From Felis catus (lineage: Eukaryota), in the NCBI RefSeq assembly GCF_018350175.1, contig NC_058368.1:5022001-5086000 (forward strand): DNA of 64,000 bases. The letters run 5' to 3'. Position numbers and translations under genes: made by a program. The notes beneath the pieces were generated by a model that worked only from the letters and a program-made list of their open reading frames with translations, made no database searches and was not told where the DNA came from. This document shows positions 26,801 to 37,813 of the stretch, piece after piece (the stretch's first letter is position 1; each line of letters begins with the position of its first letter).

Positions 26801-28927
26801 GCAACTTCGTGTTCTCTCTTTTTCTCTCTCTAAATAAACTTTCAAAAGAATTTTTTAAAAATAATTATTTTTTAATGTTTATTTTTGAGAAAGAGCGTGA
26901 GTGAGAGAGGGGCAGAGAAAGGGAGACACAGAATCCGAAGCAGGCTCCAGGCTCGGAGCTGTCAGCACAGAGCCCGATGTGGGGCTCGAACTCACAAACC
27001 ATGAGATCATGACCTGAGCTGAAGTCAGATGCTTAACCAACTGAGCCATCCAGGTGCACCACCCCCCCCCCCGCCCCCCAAATAAAATTATTAAAGAAAA
27101 AGAAATGCAAGAAATATAAAGCCTCATCTTACCTTAAAACCAACAGTTGTAAAATTCTTTACCAAACCTTAAAGCTTAGTGATCATTACTTTGTAGGAAA
27201 CGAAATAGTGTAAGGCTTTTCTGTTCTAAATATATATTCAGACTAGAAAGGAACATGAAGGGGGTTTCCAGGGTGTTGGCAATACTTCTTGTTCTAGGTG
27301 CTGGTTACATGGATGGATGAGTTTTAGATGTGCTGAGCTTCGCACTTAAGCTATATGTACTTTTCCATGTGTATGCCACATTTCAAAACAAATTTTTTAA
27401 ATGTGTTTTTACTATTAACCTGAGGATGCGAAGGATCTTCAGAAAGTACTTAGCTTCAGAAATACAGACAATAAAATTCAGTTCTATTACAAACTGTCAA
27501 GGTATTTTATTATGTTCAACCATGATCTATGTTAGACCTCAGCTAAGTAGGAAAAAAAACCAGTCCATTTGAAGCAAACCATCTTACTTGAGTTCTTCTC
27601 TTTCCTTCTGACAATTTCCAAGGAAGTTTCCAAATTGGCATGAATGAATATGTTCATGGATCTGAAGGAGAAACGCTTCATTGAATTCAAAGGCTTGTGG
27701 AAACTGTTCGGTCAAATGCCACACACATTCCAAGAACTGAGTAAACACCGGTGAGACTTCCTTTGGGTCACCATCCAAATGGCCACACCTAACCCCCCAG
27801 AAAGTACAAGCTTTTGAAAATGCCTCTGAGAGAAGACAAGTGTTCAGGTATTATTAAATTTAAACACACACACAAACACACGAACCAAAAACTTTGTGAT
27901 ACTGGCATTAAAAAAGTATAATTTTTTTTTATTAAAGCAATTTAAGCCTGAGTTTTTCAACCACAACTTTAAAGGGTATGTTATCTTCTAAGTACCACAA
28001 TCCAGACAGAAGGAAGGTAATGAATTGCCATAAAAATTAACAAAGGTATGAGAATTGAAAGAAGTAACAGAAAAAAATTCAATCAGTTTTCATACAAAAA
28101 ACAGCACTCTCACCTGCCTCTGGACATGTGAGCTCATGAAGAACAGAAATATTCTGGCACTCTAAAATAGCTTTATTAATTTTACAAAATATATAAGCGT
28201 AAAAGTATGACTCACCTCTCTGAAAACTTATGTCCAAATGAGATCCAATCCTTTTCTATTAAAACCTTAATAAGAAAAAGTAAAATGCAATTTACAACTA
28301 CTTTCAATTTCTTTTGTTTAAATGGATTAAAAACTATTATTTTAATAACAGCATTTACCCTTTCAACTTATGGTTGCAAACAGAACAAAACAATTTTTTT
28401 TAAGTTTTTTAATGTTTATTTATTCTGGAGACAGAGAGACAGAGCGTGAGCAGGGAAGGGGCAGAGAAAGAGGGAGACACAGAATCTGAAACAGGCTCCA
28501 GGCTCTGAGCTCTCAGCACAGAACCCGATGCGGGGCTTGAATCCATGAACCGCGAGATCATGACCTGAGCCGAAGTGAGACGTTCAACCAACTGAGCCAC
28601 CCAGGCGCCCCCAAATTTTTGTTTAGTTATAGGCAAAATATAGAAAGAACCTGGATTAGGGGTTGGTTTAACAAAGAGTAAAAATGATGCATAAAAGAAA
28701 CGGTAGTCCTGTGACTTAATCATTTCAGTTGTATTTATTACATTTTAAATGAAAAGTACATGCTATAAAGCACTAGTACATTTACACTTTTATGTGTAAT
28801 ATCTGCATAGTAAAAAAACTAAGAAAATATAAATCAAAATAGTAACAGTGGTTAACTGTGGGTGGTAGACTGGGATATATGTTTTAAACCTTTTGGCTTA
28901 CTTGTACATTACTTATATGGTGCTTAC

Positions 28928-29003
<76 letters not shown>

Positions 29004-32000
29004 ATACACACACACACACAGAGAGAGGGAGATAGGGAGAGACAGAGAGAGAGAGAGCAATGAAAAGTTTATATTCAAATTCAAATGTTGATATCAACCT
29101 CTTGAATGAACTGTCTTTATCTGTTTTCTCTGTCACAACTCTACTGAAGAGACAGGCTTCTGATTTTTTTCAGTCTAATTTATGCAACGTATCTTCTTCG
29201 TATACCACGTAATTTCATTATATAATCACCAAGTACATTTTCAGTATTAAAACTGCCACATCCAGCTTCTCTGATTTTGTTTTAAATCTCTCCAGAAGGC
29301 CATGTAATGTGATGGGGAAAGATGCAGTTTCTGGAGCCATGTTGCATGGGTTCAAATCCTAGCTTTGCCACTTCCACACTTGTGTGACCTCAGGCAAACG
29401 GTCTTCAGGCTGGAGCCCCAAATTTTACTGCAGGCCCTCTGCCTTTCCTCTCCACACCCACATCTAAAACCTCACTCAGTACCTTTCTCACGAAACTTAG
29501 TCATCTGTTTCTCTCAGTAGAGAGAGCAAGAGAGCAGCACCATCCATCCTGGCAACTGAGTCCAGATCTGGAAAATCATCCTGGAAGGGGCCTCCTCTCT
29601 TCTACTGCACATTTAACCCAGGAACAGTTCTTATGACTCTACTTTCTCAATATTCCTGGAGGTTGAACCCTCCCCTCTTGTATCTGTGTGGGACTGCCCT
29701 ACTCCTGGCTGTCTTTTCTCTTCTGAGTTATCTTGCCAGTTTCTACACTGGTCTCCTGCCCTCCATCATCCACTCCCCTCCACCTGGAAGACACCAAGCC
29801 ATCTTTTTACAAAGAAGATCTAAGCAAGTTACCGTTCCCTCTATTTAAAGTCCGTTAATGGCTCTCACTACCCAAAGAAGGTGAAGGTCAAATTTCAGTC
29901 TTCTCTTCCTGAGGCTTTCATCTCACTATATTCTTCTGCACCCAAGTAGCCCACTCTGACAGCCTGAGCCCCAGTCATCACACATACCTGCAGTCAGCTA
30001 ACGGATCTATGCTTTGGTTCTCATTGCTCCTTTTGTCTGGGAAGCTCTCACTCTGTCCCAGGGCATTTATCACATGACTTCATTTGAATGTCTAGCAAAC
30101 AATTAAAGCCAAACGTGGCACAGAAAATATTCCTCACCTTACACTCTCAAGGTAAGCTGCACATAATTTTATCAGGAGCACTTCCATTCGGCCTATCCCA
30201 GATTCGGCATGTTAGTGCCACCAAATAATGGTGCTGAAAGGGATCTGGTGATGGTGAACTTCCCTCTGTCTTAAAGATGGCACTACATTTAATAATTCTA
30301 ACTAATGACAACTTTCTACCTTCGCTTCATTTACTTTACTTGCCATGAGTTAAGATGCAAATTTTGAAAATCTAATCACGTTAAAAGACAAAAAACAGGA
30401 GCCAGGGCTTTAGCTTCACAAAGCAGAAAATCTAGGGGCGCCTGGGGGGCTCAGTCGGTTAAGCATCCAACTTCAGCTCAGGTCATGAGCTCGTGGTTTG
30501 TGGGTTCGAGCCCCGCATCAGGCTCTGTGCTGACGGCTCGGAGCCTGGAGCCTGCTTTGGATTCTGTGTCTCCCTCTCTCTGCCTCTCCCCTGCTTGTGC
30601 TCTGTCTCTCCCACTCTCTCAAAAATAAGTAAACGTAAAAAAATAAAAATAAAAAAAAAATAACAAAGAAAATCTATTCAACTAGAAATTTAATCTTCAG
30701 ATATAAAACATGCTTCCTAATGTGTAATTACAATGAACAAATAAAGGAGTTTTAAACAGAAAGTTTCCTCTAGAATATAATTTTTTTTTAATGTTTTCAT
30801 TATTTATTTTTGAGACAGAGAGAGAGGAAGAGAGAGTGCAAGCAGGGGAGGGGCAGAGAAAAAGGGAGACACTGAATCTGAAGCAGGCTTCAGGCTCTGA
30901 GCTGTCACGATAGAGCCCAACGTGGGGCTCAAACCCACGAACTGCGAGATCTTGACCTGAGCCGAAGTCGGATGCTCAACCGACTGAGCCACCCAGGCAC
31001 ACCTAAAAAATAATTTTTAAGTACTCTTATTTGTGCTTTGCTTTACTATATCACTCATATTAGTTAGATAAAAATGAGGGAGAAAATACTGAATATTTCT
31101 ACTATAACATTTTAGGAAACAACTATTAAATTTAAAAGTTGTTGGGTCACCGGGTGGCTCAGTCGGTTGAGTGTCTGACTTCAGCTCAGGTCATGATCTT
31201 GTGGTTCCTGAGTTCAAGCTCTGCATTGGGCTTGCTGCTGTCAGCCTATCAGCACAGAGCCTGCATCAAATCCTTTGTTCCCCCCCTTCTCAAGCTTGCT
31301 CCCTCTCTCCAAATTAAAATTAATTAATTAATTTGAAACTCGTTTTCAAAGAGGTGGCACAAATTGAAATCAGTCTGATTCAAGGTTTTTGCAACTCAGC
31401 ACGATATATATTTTAAGCCAGAAAATTCTTTGCCGCAGGTGCTGTCCTATGTGGTCTAGAGCATGAGCAGCATCCGGGCCTCTACCAGCTAAATGTTAGT
31501 TAAATCCTTTTCTTTGTAACAATCAAAGCTGTCTCCTAACACGGCCAAATGTCTCCTGGGAGGACAAAATCGCTCCTATTTGAGAATCACTGGTCCAGCC
31601 AAATCACTCCTTACCATGAATCCTTTGATTGTCCTGTAGTAGGAATCCAGTAAGAGAGAGCCAAGGGAACAGACCTGGGACGTCCGATCCCAACCATCAG
31701 AACAATGTACCAACACACTTGCACTTTCAACCGTTATTGCCTGGAAAGAAAGATCACATACTTAGATTACAGCAGAATACGTTTTGGTTACATCAATTAA
31801 GTTCTATTTAAAAACGACACTAGCAAGTATTGCATTACACAGAAGAGCAAGGATGGCAATGGTAATGTCACGGCATAATTTCCAAAAAGAAAAAAAAAAA
31901 GGCAAAACACAATAAAAACACAAAGCATACCAACAAAAACCAAAACCAAAACCACTGTTTCAAAGTATTTGGGGATTTCTTTTTAAGTCCCTACATGAAG

Positions 32001-35000
32001 TGCCACGTGATCTTTTAAAGCTCAAATGAAAGGAAGCCTCATGAAGGAGGTAACACGTAATAAAACTTATCTGACTGGAAAAGATACCAGGTCCCGACAG
32101 AATAAATGTATTCCTTCCCAACCAGTATAAACCCCCAAACCAAATATGAGAAAAGAAGAGTTACTTTGGCTAAGAAGATTGCTGCATCCATAACAGCTTT
32201 GATATGGCGAAGCCATCCTGAGCTCTCCAAACCAGAGTAGAAATCACTGACAGAAAGCCCTTTGGTACCATTAACTAGAAAAGAAGGGAAAAATTTTCAA
32301 TTAGAATGAGGCTACAGTCTCCACTTTTCCTCCTCAAGCTCTCTCTGAGTTAAATGAAAAAAAGAAGAGGACAAAATAAAAAGGACGCTATAAATGAAAA
32401 GATGCTAGGAGAAGCTCAATAATGGATTGTGGGGGTATGTTTTTCTGTCATTCTTCATGCTTAAGTAAAGCTCCAATCTCTTTTAAAAAAAAAACTTAAG
32501 TACAAAGTGTTTAATTAAAAAGTCTGATTTTTTTTCATTAAAGAATTTTAAGTTTATTTTTGAGAGTGAGCGAGCGAGCGAGCACGAGTCAGGGAGGGGC
32601 AGGGAAAGAGGGAGAGAGAGGATCCCAAACAGGCTATCTACGCACTGCCAGTGCAGACCAGTGCAGGGCTTGAACTCACGAACCATGAGATCATGACCTG
32701 GAGTCGAAATCCAGAGTTGGACATTTTACCAACTGAGCCATCCCAGCGCCCCTGATATTTTAATTTTTAAAATTCCACACCATGACTGGAAAGACACCTT
32801 AGTACTTAAATAGAGCATTACTATCATCAATTAATCAATCTAACAATAGCAATTTCTGTAACACCATTAGAACTTTGCTGTCCAACACAGGAGCCACTAT
32901 CTACCTGAATATGGCTATTGACACATGTTTAGTCCAAACTGAGATGCACTGTAAGAGTGTAAAATACACACTAGTCAATTTCTAAGACTTTAAAAAAAAA
33001 AAAAAACCACCTAAAATGTGTCATTACTAATTTTTATACTGATTACACGTTAACACAATGTTTTTTAATATATTAGGTTAAATAAGTACGTTGTTAAAAT
33101 TAATTTCAACTTTTTTTTTTTTTACTTTTTGGAATGTATAGGAAATTTTTAAATTACCTTAATTTTAAATTTTATAATTGGACTAGCATTATATTTCTAT
33201 TAGACAAAGTTGCCTCCAAGGCAAGCAATAAGTCATACCTTCCAATAACTTCTGAAGGCTGGACCGCATGACATGAATATTTTCAATTCCAACAAACTGA
33301 AATCTAATATTAGAATAGTTGTCTTCATTTTCATAACCTTTTCCAGCTGCTCTGTTGGCCATTGCATTCAGCTAAAATTTAAAATTTTAGAAATTTAGAG
33401 ATAAATCGCTTTTATCTTTTTAGTTCACCAAAACATCACGAAAGCACTAAATGAACCGTATTTTACCAGAGAGTTTAAAGAACACTTTAAAACTGAATAT
33501 GCTACCATTTTTTAATGAATAAAAGTGTCACATATGTTATTAACAGTAAAGAGGGCCACTAACAACACGATTGCTATGTAATGGAAAGTTCAGACAAGAA
33601 GTTCCCCACAAATAATTTATGAAACTAATTCACTTATGTTTGTAGTCAGTTTTCCATACGTTTGCAGTATTTCAAAATTTAGAAGAAGAAAGAAATATCT
33701 CTTATCTGAATCCTAAATGATTCAGAGATGAGCAGAGCTGGGAAGTTTTTCTGTTGCAGAATGAATGAGACGCACTTCAGAGCAAGCCTGTGGAGCCCCT
33801 GACCATCGGAGAGCCACAGGGACCCTGAAGAATCAGATCTGAAATACACGTCAGGTTATCTGAGGTCCTCCACATTAGAGATTACTGGAGGCCCACATGG
33901 CACATACCATGGCATGTAATCCACTAGCCTGATATATCTCCAAGAATTGGGCCAAAATAAGGAGAAAACAGACTGCCAGTAGGCCCCATGTCTTTGGTCA
34001 CTAGATCAAATGTAGAAGTCCATTTAAGATTTGGCATGTTTTAATTCTTCCAGACTAGGATTTCATATTACACATTATTACTGTTTACTAAGTATTCTTA
34101 TCAACTTGGATGAAACAAAACCTAAATTGAAAGAAAAAGTAGCTTTTCATTCAGTGGATGGGGGCCCAGTTTGGTAACAAGAACAGTTCAATTCTAGCTG
34201 CTGGCTCACTGGCTATTCCGCACCTAAGGTGAAAGTTAGATAGTAAAACGCTTCCACATTATTACTACTTAAATTTGAGTTCATCAGATGAGAGTCAGAG
34301 ATTAAAATGCTTCCACATTACTACTCAAGTTTAACTAGTATAACAAAACAAAGAGAGAGGCCTGTTTTCTGTGTAGAAGTCAATTATACAAATGAGAGGT
34401 ATAAGGTCCTGAGAAACAGATTGCCCTCAGGCCTCATATTCAGAAAGTCTTGTGTTACAACAATCGTTTATATCTAATATCATCTAAAAGTAGTTCTGAC
34501 CTATGAACCCACCTAGATGAAACAAGGAAGTAAAATAAAATTTGTCTTACGATATCACCAACATTCTAGACTTCTAAGAACGTCTTTTCTTGTTAACAAG
34601 ATAAAAGATTATCAAATTATCAATTTCTAATTTTTAATATTTCTTAATTTACTCAAATTAATCTTCAAATTAATCTTCTGTTTCTTCCATTATCTTTTGT
34701 GAGAACGCACAATGATGAGAATAACTTCTAGAACAACTACCGTTCCTTTCAACAAAACTGCCTAAAATAGTGTTCTATATCGCTCACTCGCTTTTTCTCA
34801 TCGCTTTCTCTTATTTTCTCATCATTCCAGATTTTTGAAGAAATCCTCACTATAATTCTGCCAATGTCCTTTTGTGTAGCCCACCAGCTCTGCATGCGAT
34901 GCTATAATAAAAATTAAAAGTGATGTTAGCTATTACCATTGAGGATTTTAATTACTTTAGTTTCAGGGTCCAATATGCATTAGTTGTTTAACTGTGTTTA

Positions 35001-37759
35001 TAAAAAGAAAAAGGGATTCTGACATTTGGCCCAATGATAAAAATTTAACCTAACATTATAGACGCCTAACAGAACAACTGTTTCCTGTTTACTATTTATA
35101 ATTCTCTAGTTCAATGTTTCTTAAGTTGAACTCACTTTTTTCCTTATTTTCTTGAATATTTCAATTAAGCCCCATTATTTTAACAAAAAGTATTTTGACA
35201 ATTAAAAATTCTACCAAAAAAATTTAGTAAGATTTTCTAATTTTTCACAACACACATACTATTTAATATTTCTTCACAATAACATAAGACTCACACATCA
35301 TCAAGAGCTCTCAATATAAAGTTCAGCTTTTCTAAATTTACGTATAAATCAGAAGACATAAGAAATCACACATCTGGGAAACAAGTCTCCTAACCTGGCA
35401 TCCTTTTAAAGGCTGCTTTCCTCAGTATCATTAGCCTCAGTTAATTTAAAACTAGGATTCAGATAGGTCGATTATGGGCAATTAGATCAAATCTCACTAA
35501 TTAAAGTAACAAAGATAATGAAACAAACAGACTGTACTGTATTCAAGACACGTACTTTGGGCCTGGTATCCATTACATACATATAGCGATTGACTGGGTT
35601 GGCTTTACTAATGGCTTGAAGCAAATGTTCATCCTCCAGGCACCTGGCACTGAATCCTGATAGTGGCTGACTACATCGACAAATGGCAGCCTAATTTTAA
35701 AAGGACAGAAAACAGATTATTCAGAGATGTCTAAAACATGTCTAAAAAATGCTTAAAAGAAAAACAAAAGTTAAAATCAAACATGTAATCTTTTTAAAAG
35801 ATGGCAAGACAATTAGAAGATGTTAACTCTAAAATACTATTAGAATTAAACGCTTTTTTAATATCTTGGTGTTATGTAAATTTTCCCAATATTTTCTTTT
35901 AGTAAGAAACTGAAATGCTTCCTTGCCTAGTTTGATGAAAAATTCCTAAATTCTAAGAAGCAACATTTGGTCAATTCTCTATCATGTAACCTACTAAGAT
36001 ACTTGCATTCTATGCTCTAGATTATACAATACTTTGAACTCAAGTTCAAGTAGGAGATTAGTCAATAAAGGTAGAACAAAATTTTTAAAAATAGCAACAT
36101 TTGAGCTTTTACTTTCCCAAAGCTTTTAGATCTCTACTGAGAAATCAGATCTTAATATAAAATGAGACATAAAGTAAGAAAAATGAGTTTCAGTTTAAAT
36201 TTGAGTTAAAACACAGTCAATCTAGGAGGGCAAACATATCTGTAAGAAGTAGTGAATGTTGGATTAGACATTTTAAAGTCTTAAAGAAAGATTGAAAGAT
36301 TTAGACCCATATACTTTTTCTCCAATCTCATCCATACCAACTCCAACTTAACCCGACCCAACATTCCAACCATAGTATTTAACATTAGGGAAAAAGAGTA
36401 ACATAAATTCACACATTCACATATTTTAAATTCATACACAAAACCACGAGAATCTAATAAAATAGAAGAAAATGAGGACTGCTTTACAACATTCTTTTCA
36501 GACATACTTTCTGATTTGTTAAATTGGGCACTGAATATCTATTTTCAGCCAAGCTTTCCAATAAATACTGTATACAAATGTGGGTGTGTCAAATAGAGGC
36601 CATACCCAGTCATAACTCCCTATGACTTTGTTATGAAGAGTAGATTGAGAATTTCTGTTTAAAGTTTTACCTCTGGCTCCCTTCTAAAATTGAACTAAAA
36701 TTCTAATAAAGACATCTAAAATGTATAAAATCAAAAAATCAAAGAGAATGGAAAAGAGAAAAGTACAGTAGAAATATTAATAAAATTTCAGTAAATGAAA
36801 GCAAATTGATAAGTAATAACCAATTTACTGGAACAAAGAGAGCTGCCAAGTTGTTATAAGTCCACAAGAACCAAGTATTCTGAGCAGCAAAATTTACCTC
36901 TGATTTACCTCTGAAAGCCTGACCCAGAGTATAACTGAAAATAGAACTGGCTGAATGTCTGTATGGGGACTAGTTAAGGCTCCCACATCTTCCCTCGCCC
37001 TGAAGACAAAGTTTATCCTATGAAAAGGATTAACCTGGAGACTCTGGACAATAGGCACAGCTGTGGGTGTAACCCTCAAAAAACAGGAGGATGGGGCGGT
37101 TGCGGGGGGGGGGGGCGGGGGGCACCTGGGTGGCTCAGTCGGTTGAGCATCTGACTTCAGCTCAGGACCTGATCTCATAGCTCATGAGTTCAAGCCCCAC
37201 GTCGGGCTCTGTGCAGACGCCTCAGAGCCTGGAGCCAGCTTAGGATTCTGTGTCTCCCTCTCTCTCTGCCCCTCCCCTGCTCACACTCTGTCTCTCTCTC
37301 TCAAAAATAAGCAAACATTAAAAAATAATTACAAAAAAACCCCAGAAAGAATCCAAAGATAGAGATCACACATGCACACAAACTTCTGAACAGCTTTGTA
37401 GTACCCCACTTTTAAATATGAGACGGCAGCTAAGAATCAGGTATTTTGAAAGGCCTGAAAAACAAACAAAAAAATAAACAGAAAAAAGGAACTCTGAGCA
37501 ACAGACAACTAATGTGGGAAGCAAAAGAATTCTTTTTAAAAAATCTTTAATATCTTCAGGGAACCCAGTCATCATGGCCAAGAAAAGTGTCTAAAAAGTT
37601 CAGAAAATACAAAAGAGTTCTTAGATTTAAATATAGTATAGCAAAAATAAAGAAGGGGACTAGAAACGAAGTTGAGGAAATGTAAAAAATAGAGATGGAA
37701 AATAGGAGAGAAAAATGAAGAAAAACGGAAGTTTACAGAAGCCCATTAGCCCATTTGCC

Positions 37760-37813
<54 letters not shown>

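Noticed and set aside
33985..34014. Faint likeness to the U2 snRNA 5' end (tttggtcactagatcaaatgtag)
   Set aside because: Too short and too mismatched, with no TSD; cannot be distinguished from chance
34244..34332. Two ~28-nt imperfect direct repeats (taaaa.gcttccacatta.tact) with a spacer
   Set aside because: Only two copies; an ordinary local duplication, not an array
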